NCBI RefSeq assembly: GCF_000143415.4
Contig: NW_003314266.1
Span: 3,956,753-4,020,752, forward strand
From: Selaginella moellendorffii
Taxonomy: Eukaryota > Plantae > Lycopodiophyta
Length of the DNA: 64,000 nt
Reading direction: 5' to 3'
The position numbers and the translations under genes are program-made. Below, one piece after another: positions 1 through 12,141 of the stretch. The notes below the pieces were generated by a model. That model made no database searches. It saw nothing but the letters and a program-made list of their open reading frames with translations, and was not told the DNA's origin. Within the stretch, counting starts at the first letter, position 1; each line of letters opens with the position of its first letter.

Positions 1-2029
1 GCTAACGAAATCTCCAGCCTTCTCAATAAGCTGTAAGATAACATCCACGTACCTAGCCAAAACAATTCCTTATTAGCAACAGGGAGAGATTTCTTCAGAT
101 ATCAATACCATGACAGATCCGGAGCGAATTTCTCAGCCAGAATGGCAGCCTTAAGCGCAAGCTCCTCACGTATTGCAAAATCAGCAGTTGTCAGATACTG
201 CAAGGGTTTAAAAACAGTGAGGGATACATCTTAAAGCCGCAAGAAATACCTGCAAAAGCTCCTCAACAATATCTTTCGCATTTGTTACATCACACATTCC
301 ATAAAGCAAATCCAGAGATCGCCTTCGAATACTGCAAAGAGAAATACACTGAACAAGGAGATCGATGAAGATAATTCTAAACCTTATATCCGGGTCCCTC
401 AAAGATGTGATTATCTGCACTTGATGCCTTTTTATGCTTTCTTGTACGTCAGAAACCATAAGCATTCTGGTCATATTTTCCTGCAGTGAAAAACAAGGTA
501 AAGTATAGCGTAAGGCCACAAATATCCATACCAGTCCAAGATATCGAATGTTGGGCTCACGGACAGCAATAAACTTTCCAAGTAGACCAACACATTGTGC
601 CATCATATCTTTCTCTGCGTCTAAATGCATCACCTGCGCGACAAAAAAAAGGCTCTTGAATGGAACAACAGAAAAAGAAAAAACCTACCAAAGCCAGAGC
701 TTCAAAGAGAACAGCATGGGTTGCATTGTTCTTATTGATATTCTTCACGGCATCAGTTCCCATGAGGACTCTTTGAAGAACCTACACTTTGCAAAATGTG
801 GCAAATGACTTTGATCGGTTTAAACAAGTTCAGAGCTACCTCAAAAAGGGATCGCCTAATGTTCGGATCATCAATCGCCGGGAAATATTGCAAAACTCGC
901 ATTGTTTTTACCTGCTCAAATCACTAAACAGAAAGAGTAAATATGGTGTTCCCAAAGTCAACCGCAAAAACATCGACGAAAAACAAACCTGGAGCCAAGG
1001 AGATGGAATACCGTAGTATGTGTACTCCTGAGGAATATCTTGGCTCCTGGTTAAGCGCTCCAGAACACGAACGCATTTTGAAACGCAGTTCCAGTACGCG
1101 TCGGGATTGTTAGCCACGAGAGCAACGAGCAAGCTCATGACAGCCGTAAGGACTCCAATTTCTCTTTCGTCAAGCAGCTGAGACATTCGATCCGCCCTGT
1201 CATGGAGATTAGTCCACAATCAGGAAGACAAGCCTCTTGAAATACCCACCAGCCGTCCACGCTGACAACATCCGGATTCTTCCTGTAAAGTCGCAGAAGA
1301 CACAATGCAGCCTTCTTCCGCACCAGTGGCCGACAGGAGTTCGAAATCTAAAGCACATAGCGCCTAGGATCAAGAGACACCAGGCCGATAAACAGAACTT
1401 ACCAGCAGCTTTTGCACATCGGGAGCTAGTGACTCGGAAAACTCCTTGCCACCAATGTTCCCAACCTGGATAACTTCCGCCTAAGACGACAAAAACTCTG
1501 AAAACTACAGAAGCATACCATTGTCAGCGCCAGGCACTGAAATGTCTCGTTCCTTCCGATAATGTCATTCCGGACAGTGTTTATAACAAGCCGCAAGAAG
1601 TCGTGGTTTTCGTTCAGCAAAGAAGAGGTGACAATGTACCCCACCTGCGAGAACAAGTCTAGATTCCACCAAGACAAAACCAAGAACACTATTTACCTGC
1701 TTTTCAGCGTACTTGGGAGCTGAGATCAAAGACACCGCTTCCATATGCCCGAAATCGACATCATAACCAAGCATGAAGATGTAGAGCATCTTCCAAACGT
1801 ATTTTTTCTTCTCATAAGGCGTCAATCCCTGGCGCAAGCGGGCAATCTTAGCAATCCGAGACGAAGAAACCCAAGCAGCAAGAAAAAGATCACTCACCTT
1901 GTCATTCTTAAACTTGGTGCGAATGTTCGCGAGCTCCTTGTCGACACGAGCCCGCTCCAGCTCCTTATTCTGGCAGTTCCTCACATCGCTGATGAAGACC
2001 GACAACCCTCGCATGCCGGACAGCGCCAT
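1..2029 (-). CDS. AP2A: AP-2 complex subunit alpha (alpha-adaptin), 5' part, multi-exon, continues past left edge
   Basis: Starts [37 protein letters not shown]; later exons [76 protein letters not shown]; short GT-AG introns. Confidence 0.97.
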
Positions 2030-2437
2030 CGCGCGCTCGCGGCGCCGCTAAAACCCTCAGATCTGGCCCTGCCGAGCTAAAGCCCCGAGAATGCGCCGCC
2101 GCTTCAACACCGCCGCGACACGAGCACCGAATGCATCGCCCGAGCTGCCGAAATTTCGCCCGCGCCGCGCCGCGACGGGCGCTGGTCGATTACCTGTGCC
2201 AGATCCCGCGCGAGAGGATGAGCATCGGATGGAACGCGCGGCGCCCGGCGACCTGGAAGAGCGCCGAGAAGAAGCGAGGGCTTTGAAAAGAAGAAAAATT
2301 AACAAAACCTATTAACCATGTAGCTTATAAACGTAGTTATTTATCACTAAACTCAATTAGTGACAATTAATGCAGGTTAACAATCTCTTATTGATACGAG
2401 CAAAATTTGTTTCCATGGTTTCCATTTTATCACAGCT

Positions 2438-3710
2438 TTAAGATTGGGTCGCTACTTTGGAGCTTTCTTCTTCCATGCGCTGCTTGGCATCGCTTCGTGC
2501 CCTGTTAACCAGATCCTCGATCGCCTCCCTACCTTCGTAGTATTGCGGGCAGTACTTCTCAAAATTGCTGAAGTGTTCTTCGGCTTGATCTAGTTCTCCC
2601 AGCATGCAGCAAACCAGCCCCTGAAAATCGAATCACCAGTTTGGCAAACTTTACAACCGAGGAGGAAGAACAAGAAAAAGAGAAAAGCCTTTTTTACTTG
2701 GCAGACGTGTGGACGGAAGTCTGTCGGATCCTCCTTGCTCAGCTGCTCGTAGAGTTCCAGAGCTTGTGGCAATTCTTCCTGGACAAACGCAAGCTTGAAG
2801 AGATGAGAGGTTTCTTTGATCTAGAAATGGATCTTTACCTTGAGAGTGAGGAGCTGGCCTTTGAGCATCCGGAAGTTCCTCGCGTCCTTGGGCCTGTCCT
2901 CTTCGGTGGCCTTTGCCGCGGCGTCCTCCACGATTTTCTGGATGAAATCGATGTCTTTGCCTTGCTTCTTGAGAACCAACGCAAGGCCCTGTCAAGAGCA
3001 AGAGACAAACAAACAAAAATCACTCCTTGCAAAAGAGAAAGTTCTCTAAAGCTTACTTGGAGTGCTCGAAGGGACAGAGGGTCCACCTTCACGGCATCCT
3101 CAAACTCCTTGAGAGCGTTGTCCAAATCTCCAATGTACTCATAAGCGTGGCCGCGGATGAATCTAAACTCTAACTGCGACGGATTCATGTCGATGAGCTT
3201 GGAAAGGACCTTGATCGCCGCTGGCATGTCCCTCTTCTCCATGAATCCGTGGAGCCGAGTGAGATCATCCAAAATCTCCTCCTCCTCCTCCTGCGTTCTC
3301 CTCCTCAAAGTCTTCTTCTTCTCTGGAGCGCCTTCTTTTTGCTCCATAGCCGTGGTAGTGGCCACATTCTCGTTAGCGCTGGCTATGGCTTCCTCCGCCC
3401 TGGCAACTCTACACGAATTCATGCCCGCCGCGAGCAAAAGGGCCGAGCTCCCCAAGAACAAAGCCGCGATTCTGCGAACCCTGTCCTTCAGAGACCTCTC
3501 TTCCACCGCCAATGGAAGCCGCGAGCACTGCGGCCGCGATCTCGACAGCGATCGCCTTCGTCCGCTACTGTCTGGCGCAGCAAACCTGATCGATCCGGGA
3601 GACGAAATCTCAAGCCTCCTGGAGCTCGGCACTGTCGCCGGCAGAGGCATTCTGGAAGCTCTTCCCAGCGCATGCAGCGCCAAAGCCGTAGACGAGGCGA
3701 CCATCTCCAT
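2438..3710 (-). CDS. Plastid-targeted TPR protein (SLOW GREEN1-like), multi-exon
   Basis: Ser/Arg-rich transit-like N-terminus; TPR motifs (RGHAYEYIGDLDNALKEFEDAVKVDP; ALELYEQLSKEDPTDFRPHVCQ); ends EEESSKVATQS* with TAA at 2438-2440. Confidence 0.75.
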
Positions 3711-3827
3711 CGCGGTCGCTTTGCTAAAGCCCTAACCCTAAAATGATAAACCCATCGTTATGGATCTAACGGCTTGGAGTACGAAAAAAAGGAATAAATA
3801 TCTTTTGTTTAAACTAATAAAAACTTA

Positions 3828-3897
3828 TGGAGATGGGTGTCGATCCTCCTACCTGTCGATTGCAAATCAACCACTCCACCGTTTGGGCTACATGCCC
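3828..3897 (-). tRNA. Degenerate tRNA-Ala(UGC), probable pseudogene
   Basis: Minus strand GGGCATGTAGCCCAAACGGTGGAGTGGTTGATTTGCAATCGACAGGTAGGAGGATCGACACCCATCTCCA. Anticodon arm GTTGA-TTTGCAA-TCGAC intact and G3:U70 kept; C4:C mismatch and 3 nt missing from 3' T-stem; TTTTT 4 nt downstream. Confidence 0.8.
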
Positions 3898-4344
3898 TAA
3901 TGATGAAATTTATGTTTAAAAACGGCTTTGTTTGTATGTAAGTAGGATTTAATCAAAGATATTGAGAAAAAATCAAGCTTAGTGCCACAAGGATTTAAGA
4001 TGCATTCCTTATGTTGGGATTCAGAGATCAAGCTTTGTTTAAACTCAATCAATCAATTGTGTACTTTCAGAAAGTACGGCATTGTAAGTTGCACAAGTAA
4101 GACAACTTCCAGATCTCCAATATGAGATGAGTATGTAGAACTTAAAAAGTGTTAGCAGTTATAGGTAGGCTATTTTAAGTATTTTTGGTGGCTATCGATA
4201 TCCTTTATACCAAACTATGTAAGGTTTGAATAGATGAAATATATGGAGATGGATTAATAATATTCTAGTTCAACTATTATATATACTTATAAACATTATA
4301 AAAAACCCAAATTAAAAAAAGGCAAATTAATATAAAAATAAGAT

Positions 4345-6023
4345 AATAGCATGGTCATAAAATAAATATTAGATGAACCACATTTAGAACAAGTAAATTA
4401 TAATACCTTAAAATTTTAATATTATAAAATATTAAGGAATATACTCTATATATTGGAGAACCAAACACTACTCTTATACTTTTAAAATATAATTTTATAA
4501 AAAAAATTATAGTAGCTATTTTTGAAGATATTTAGAAAGAAGAAATTTAAAACATTATACAAATAAATATAGAGTTTTCAATATTTTTATCAATAATGTT
4601 CATCATTATGATATATATTGTGTTTATTTTATTAATTAATTTATTTCTACACCATTAAGCATAAATGTTGAATGGGGATAAATAATATAATTACCCAAGA
4701 CAAGATGGCAACAATTATTTTAATCATTAATTTCAAGATTTTATCAAGAGTATTGACTTAATAAATAATATAAAATATCTAAATAACTATAAAAATATAT
4801 AAAAAATTAATCTTGGTAGAATAGTTATAATTGTAAAATTTACATGTATGATTTAATTAGAAGGACAAATATCAAATCAATAATTCAGCTTTTTTTTTAC
4901 TTAGCTTTTGCTAAAAAATGTAAAAGGGGCTATAAAACAATTGGAAATAAAACAAAATCCAACCAAAACCAGGATTTGAAAATTTACTTAATTTATTTCA
5001 TTTAAGCATGTTTTAATATATTTAATTTTATATCTACAATATATTTTTAAAAATTCATTTTTTAGTAGGTGATCACTTGGATTAGGACTGCATATAAAAT
5101 ATATTTCTTTATTTTCTATAACAAAAACTCAAATATATAAATATAAGGATAACTATAATTACTAATATTGAATGCTAGATTTAAAAATATAAATAAATTT
5201 GCTGTCACTAAATAGGAAAAATATATTACTAATATAAAATAATTGCAAAGCTTTTATATATTTCCAATTTTGACAAAAGCGTATGTTTATCCTTGCGGAA
5301 TGCTACTTGGAATTTCATATGATTACTATCCTAATCCTCAAAATCTTTTTTTGGATCATCATTGAAATGGTGCACATCCAAACCTGAGTGCAAATTCTTT
5401 TCCTCACCCTCCTCAAAGTTCGTTCCCTGCTCTTGATCTTTTGGCAAAATAATTTATATTCTCAAAATTACATGATTTTGATATAACATCTACTGAAAGT
5501 TTAAAACATTTACTTTTAGTGGTAAAAAATAAGTTCCAGAACTTAGGGAAAATATTTTATTCAAAGAGTGTTCTTTGGCAAAAAAATAATCCACATCTAA
5601 ACTTTTTAACTTTAAAATTTTTTTTCATCTAATTAGAGTAGTGAAATAAAAATTAACTTATTTCATAAAGCCAAATTCATAAGATCGTTATGATTGATTC
5701 TAACTAGCTATAGAAAAATAACTCTATGTTAAATGTCAATAGTGGTAAACATTATTAATAATTTTAACAAACAATTTTAATAATTATGAATATTAATAAT
5801 AACACCTAATTGAGTAAAACCTACTTTGCATGAGAAATTAAAGAAACAATATCTTCATGATGTTGTCAATGATCTATTGAATAGATTTCGACCATTTCCA
5901 TTTAGCATCAAATTCTCTTTCTGCAATGAATAATTTATCCTAAAAGGTCACTTTAATACTAATAAATGTTTAAAAATATAATTGTGAACTATATATAAAT
6001 ATTTATTTTATGACCACACTATT
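4345..6023. repeat. AT-rich ~1.7 kb unit bounded by ~24 bp imperfect inverted repeats (non-autonomous TE-like), copy 1
   Basis: Starts ATAGCATGGTCATAAAATAAATAT and ends ATATTTATTTTATGACCACACTAT; 4345-4757 recurs at 6092-6522 and ~5160-5520 recurs at ~10650-11010. Confidence 0.6.
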
Positions 6024-6522
6024 ATATATATTTATATATACTAACAAAAATTATAAAAAAACTGATTTGAGAAAAAATATATAAATAAAATAATAGTGTG
6101 GTCATAAAATAAATATTAAATAAACAACCTTTAGAAAAAGTAAATTATAATATCTTAATTATTTAATGTTATATAATATTAATGTTTATATTCTATATAT
6201 TTAAGGAAAACTTAGTAGTCTATATCACTAAACATAACTTTTAAATTTTTTAAATATTGTTTTGTAAAAATTTATTTATAACTACTTTTGAAGATATTTA
6301 TAAAGAAGTGATCTAAAACATTATACAAATAAATATAGAGTTTTCAATATTTTTATCCATAATATTCATCATTGTGTTATATATTCTTTTTATCTTATTA
6401 AATAATTTATTCTTACACCATTAAGCATAAATGTTGGATGGGGATAAATAATATATTTACTCAAAAAAAGATCGCAACAATTATTTTAATCATCAATTTC
6501 AATCATTTAACAAAAGTACTGA

Positions 6523-6698
6523 TGTGAGTGCTTGGAATATGAAAATGGAATACAGAAAATATGCATATTAATTAGCCCAAAAACCTTAGCTTATATACAG
6601 AAGTGAGTGGTCCGGATTGAAACCAATCAGACGGCTACCAAAATCCCACTACACTAATATTAGTATATGGCATTGTAGCCATACACTTAACCCTCACA
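6523..6698 (-). repeat. 3' LTR of the Gypsy element (176 bp), with adjacent polypurine tract at 6699-6713
   Basis: Termini TGTGAG...CTCACA; minus-strand PPT GAGAGGAGGGGATGA directly precedes it. Confidence 0.85.
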
Positions 6699-8785
6699 TC
6701 ATCCCCTCCTCTCAGAATAATGGAAGACCATCAGGGTTCTCTTATAAACGAGCCGAGATCTGGAGGAACGTCAAGAAAAGGAATCAACGGATCTGTAGGT
6801 GGTATTAACTGTTCTTGATCCCTTTATATAAAGTGTTTCAACTGCTGGCACATGCACAATCTTTGGAGGATCGGCCTACTGGACGTCATGCTAAACCTCA
6901 TAAATTTGTGGTCCAACTTGCCACAACACCTGATACAGTCCTTTCCACTGCGCAAGGAGCCCCTTAAATAAACTATGTACCATAGGATGGGGAAAACGGA
7001 CTAACACCAAATCATCCACTTTGTACTCCACAAGTGGACAATGATGGGAGTTGTACTGCCGTTGTTGTCCAACTTGTACATGGCATAAGTGTTCGGCAGA
7101 CTCCACTCGGACAAGTGGAAGGATGTTCGTCAAATACTGATCCCACGATCTAGCATCTGCAGCTCGTGGCAATCGCAAAGGTAAACCCAGCTCCGTTAGT
7201 AATATTGGATCATGACCATATAGGAGTTTTAATGGTGAAGCACCAATAGAACTCTACACCTCTATGACATATGCATATTGAAGAGACGGCAAATAACCAT
7301 CTCAATCCGAATGCTGAAAGTTCACATACTTAGCAATCATCCCCTTGAATGTCCGAACGAGTTATTCCACCAAACCGTCTAATTGTGGATGATAAGCACT
7401 TGTGAAAGTGTGGCGTATCCCCAACCGAGATGTCAAAACATGAAATGCCTCAGCCATAAATGCGAGACCATTATCCGAAAGAATCCGCTCTGGACAAAAA
7501 TGCTGGAACACCACTCGATTGAAGAGGAAGTATCCAACAGCAGTTGCAGAGGCGCTAGCAAGAGCACCAACTTCCACTCAACGAGTCAAGTAGTCAGAAG
7601 CAATAATAACATACTCATTGCTAGCAGTCAATCGTGAAAAAGGTCCCATATAAGATCAAATGCCACCAACTCAAACGGACGGGAAACTACAATTGGCTCC
7701 AACCATCCTTCCACAGCCCGAGGGGGAGTATTACGAGCTTAGCACCAAACGCAGCTACGCACATACCGGATAATATCACATTGCATCTCCGGCCAATAGA
7801 AAGACCTACGCAGCTTCTCAGTTACACAACGATATCCCATATGCCCACCTAGAATAGGAGAATCATGGTAGGCATGGAGAAACTGCGGAATAAAGATAGA
7901 AGGCACCACCAGCTGTAAATGATCATCAGGATCCGTCCCCACAAAATAAAGAAAGCCGTCTTCAAGGCGATATTGAGAATGTAAATGTTGGAAAGGCAAG
8001 TCATCAGCAAGTGATGCAGGATTCTCAAACCCATCTCGAAGCCTTCGAATCCATGGCTCAATCTTTTGAGCCTTGCGAACCTCATCAAGAGAAGGTAGAT
8101 CTTGCTTTACACCTTGTGGACACTGAATGTCTAGTATAGCAACCGTCGACGACACAAAATCCTCGTCTAGAAAATCCATAAAGGCTGGAACAACAGGCTT
8201 GTCAGAAACATGAGAAGAGAATGAAGAAGGAAGAGGAGCTTGAGAAAGGGCATCAGCATCAGCCATAAAACTCCTTGGGCGATGAACAACATCAAAATCA
8301 TATATCTGCAGCTTCAAAGCCCATTGATCAGTATGACCAACCAGGTTCTTCTGCTTTAATAATGAAGTAACAGCAGCATGATCACTTTCAAGTAACGTCC
8401 AAGAACCATGTAGATATGCATGAAGTTTCTCAAAACCCCAAACTGTTGCTAAACACTCCTTCTCTATTGTGGAGTAGTTCATTTTCGTTGGTTGTAATGT
8501 ACGGCTTATATACACAATGGGATGGCGCTAACCAGGCACACTTGAGCTCTCTTGCATCAACACACCTCCAAGATCAATGTCAGAAGCATCCACGCGCAAA
8601 ATAAAAGGTCGAGTGTAGTCAGGATAGGCTAAAACCGGAGGAGTCGTCAATATCTCTTTGAGATCCACAAACGCCCACTCACAATCTAGAGACCAGATGA
8701 AAGATGATGTTGATGACTTTAGCAACGCTTGCAATGGTGCAGTGTGATCAGAAAGATGATCCATAAAGCAACCGAGATACTGCAT

Positions 8786-9378
8786 TGTAAGCAACCAAAG
8801 GGAACGACTTGAGAGACGATCCATGGGGTTCAAATATAGAGGGAAAGGGCCCATGAACAAGAGTGCACCCCCTTTTCCAATCGGTTAAGGGTCTTGGGAT
8901 ATTTGGGATTAAGTGTCCTTGGGTTTGATTAGTACTGGGCTGGGTGACCTCCCGGGAAGTCCAAACTCATGAGCTTACATTTGGTATCAGAGGGGTCTCG
9001 GGTCCGACTCTGTTGGTTGGCTAGGGGAATCACACCACATGTTGATTGACATCTGGCTGGTCCAGTTTGCTCCCGCTGGGCTCGACCCAAGGGGTAGGGT
9101 GTCAAGAGAGCGGGGCTCTCGGGAGAGCTGCGGCTCTCAGCTTCCATTCACGAGGGCGTGAACTTGCAGGGAAGCGTGGTGGATTGTAAGCAACCAAAGG
9201 GAACGACTTGAGAGACAATCCATGGGGTTCAAATATAGAGGGAAAGGGCCTATGAACAAGAGTGCACCCCCTTTTCCAATCGGTTAAGGGTCTTGGGATA
9301 TTTGGGATTAAGCGTCCTTGGGTTTGAATAGTACTGGGCTGGGTGACCTCCCGGGAAGTCCAAACTCATGAGCTTACA
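8786..9378 (+). mobile_element. Cassandra-type TRIM (non-autonomous LTR retrotransposon with 5S rRNA-like LTR domains), nested in Gypsy pol
   Basis: Two 194-bp LTRs (8786-8979, 9185-9378) TGTAAG...CTTACA with 4 mismatches; TSD TGCAT (8781-8785, 9379-9383); PBS TGGTATCAGAG (tRNA-iMet); purine-rich GGGAAGCGTGGTGGAT before LTR2; 5S boxes in each LTR. Confidence 0.93.
9308..9361 (+). promoter_or_regulatory. 5S rRNA-type Pol III internal promoter (box A, IE, box C) in Cassandra LTR2; twin copy at 8909-8962
   Basis: TTAAGCGTCCTTGGGTTTGAATAGTACTGGGCTGGGTGACCTCCCGGGAAGTCC vs plant 5S TTAAGCGTGCTTGGGCGAGAGTAGTACTAGGATGGGTGACCTCCTGGGAAGTCC. Confidence 0.9.
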
Positions 9379-11074
9379 TGCATCTTGCCCAAAAAGCACT
9401 ACACATCATTCACACACTTCGGAGTAGGGAACTTTAGAACAGCCACAAGTTTGTCAGGATCAACTTGCAAACCCTCACGAGAAATATGGTACCCAAGATA
9501 AGTTGTGTCCTTGGACCCAAACACGCACTTCGTCCGCTTCAGCTTTAAACCAATATCGCGTAACCGATCCAACACTTTACAAACATCACGAACGTGTTCC
9601 TCCCATGTCCCCTCTGAGTGGATCAAAACATCATCAATAAAGTCAGTAGTCACATCCGGCATATCGCAAAGAACCTCGTCCATCATCAGTTGGAAAGTTG
9701 CTAGAGCATTGTTCAAACCAAACGGCATCACCAAGAACTCGTACAAACCAAATGGTGTACAAAAAGCAGTGTTAGGAATATCTTCTTCGGCCATCAGTAC
9801 TTGCCAATACCCAGAAGCAAAATCTAGCTTGGTGAACCAACGACTTTGCCCCAGACGATCCAAAAGATCAGCAGTGTGAGGAAGAAGGTACACATCCGGG
9901 ATTGTCACTTCGTTTAACGGACGATAGTCGATGCAAAAACAAATACTCCCATTACACTTCATCACAAGATGAGGTTCACATGCCTAAGGACTCCGCGACT
10001 TCTGAATAACACCCTTCTCCAACATCTCTTTTACATTTGTATGCAAAATCTTGATCTCCTTGGGTGACCGATGACGAATAGGAACCTTGATTGGACGAGC
10101 ATCCCCAGTTGGAATCGGATGACGTGTGGCAATCTTAGCCCCAGATGATAGGTCAAATTCAAAGAGATTAAAATACTCCTTCATGAGCCGGTCCACCGCT
10201 GCAACACAAAGATTGTCGGAGGAATCGAAAAAGGGAAGAGCAGAACAAGATGGAAATATAAGAGGAAATAATGGGGAAACAAAAGTAATGGAAGTAGAGG
10301 TAGAAGTAGAGGGACAAAGAGGTACAAAAGTGAAAGGAATGGATGAAACATAAGGAAGTATGAGACAAGGGGGAGAAGCCTCAAAGTCACACTTGGCATG
10401 ATTGCACTGCAACCAATCCATACCAAGAATGAGGTCAAAAGTTTAACTCGGCACCACCTGCAATGACTGCAACTCAAGCTCAAGTTCGCCCACATGCACA
10501 ACCAGGTCCGCCTCATCCCGTGCACATGCATGTATACGGCCATTGTTATAAAGAATGAAAACTGATTCTACCGCACGACGCAAGTGTAGACGGCAATGTG
10601 TGGCAATAAGTCGAACAATAGAAGATATATCAACCAACACGGAGAGAATATAATATTATATGCTAGATTTGAAAAAATAATAAATAAATTAGAAGTGCCA
10701 CTAGATAGGAAAAATATATTACTAATATAAAATAATTGTAAGATTTATATATATTTCCAATGATGATAGAAGCCTATATTTATCCTTGTAGAATCCTGCT
10801 CGGAGTTTGACATAATTACCAGTAATGAATATAGTTTGTGTATTAATTGTTGAAGCTTATAACAAATAAAAAATAATATGTATATTTAAAAAAATTGTTT
10901 AATATACATAAAATTCAGATTCTTTTCTTTGCAATAAAATTGTAATTTATATGTTTAAAATTACATGGTTTCAATATAAATATTTACTGAAAATTTAAGA
11001 CATTTAGTTTTGCAACAATCTATTGCTTACTAGAGGTTCCAAAAGAGAAGCTTATCATTATAGTCATAAAGAGG

Positions 11075-11935
11075 TTGGGAGATGGCTGCACCTGTGAGAT
11101 TGCAAAATCTCCACTTTATTATTCAGGTTGCATTGAAGTAGCAAAAAACGTATTTGACAAAATGCCAGAAAGGGATCTCGTCTTATGGAGTATGCTTATT
11201 ACTGCCCATGCAAAAGCCAATAATCTAACCCAAGCTAAAAAGACCTTTGACAAGAATATTGTAGTTTCGACTTCTATTCTAGCAGCATATACCCAAAGTG
11301 GGCACCCTGAAAAGGCGAAAACAATCTTCGAGACTATGCCAGAAAGGAATCTTGTATCGTGGACTTCACTCCTGGCAGCTTACTCACACAGGGAAAAAGT
11401 CGAATATGCCCCAAAGAAATCTAGCTTCGTGGAATTTCATGCTTGCGGCATATGCCCAAAACGCACTCGAAACCAGGAGCTCTTCGAAGCAATGCCAGAG
11501 AGAGACTTGGTCTCGTGGACGACAATGGTGACAAGCTACACTCAAACCGAACACTTCGAAAGCGCCAAGAACGTGTTCGAATCAATGCCGGAGCGCAACT
11601 CGATGGCATGGAAGGCGATGATCGCAGCTCACGCGAGACAGGTGGAGGAAGCCAAGTTTACGTTCCATCAAATGCCACTCCAGAGCCTGGTCTCGTGGAA
11701 CACGATGATCTTCGCGTACGGTCAGTCGGGCTACTGTGACGAGGCGTACAATGCGATGCCGGAGAGAGACGCTGGATCCCCGACGACCATGTTTTCGGCC
11801 TACGCGCACAACGGACACATCGATCGCGCTGCCAAGTTATTCGATCTGTCGCCTCTTCTGGACATCATCTCTTGGAGGACGATTCTCGCGGCCTTTGCTC
11901 AAAACGGACAGTTTCCCAGTGTTGGATACGTATGA
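11075..11935 (+). pseudogene. Degenerate PPR gene (short S-type motifs)
   Basis: Repeated FDKMPERDLVLWS / FETMPERNLVSWTSLLAAY / MPERDLVSWTTM motifs with internal deletions and local frame changes; no clear ATG or E domain. Confidence 0.75.
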
Positions 11936-12141
11936 CAAGCTCAAGCTCCCGACAAGACGTGCTTCGTGTCCGGAGAGCGGCAACTTATGCGAGCGTGTTG
12001 CTTGCCAACATTGCTTACATGAATTCGGACGGAGGTCTCGTCCAAAGCTTGCAGATGGCTGAGAACTTGCAGCGAGAAATATGCCTGCAAGGACCAAAAA
12101 GAATGAGGCAGCAGTAAAGGAATGGACAGCGATTACTTACA

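Larger units (their letters stand above)
6523..10645 (-). mobile_element. Ty3/Gypsy LTR retrotransposon, degenerate and 5'-truncated (PR-RT-RH-INT plus 3' LTR)
   Basis: RT motifs FCIDYRPLNEVT, FTKLDFASGYWQV, YEFLVMPFGLNNA, FIDDVLIHS; RNase H FILRVDASD, NYSTIEKECLA; integrase HDSPILGGHMG...FYWP, ILSDNG, SAYHPQLDGLVE; Gypsy domain order; stops and frameshifts. Confidence 0.95.
6092..11010. repeat. Second copy of the AT-rich unit, split by the Gypsy insertion (6092-6522 and ~10650-11010)
   Basis: Direct similarity to copy 1 on both sides of the retroelement. Confidence 0.65.

Noticed and set aside
8909-8962. Functional 5S rRNA gene
   Set aside because: Only the 3' promoter half matches 5S, and it occurs twice inside LTRs with a PBS and TSD
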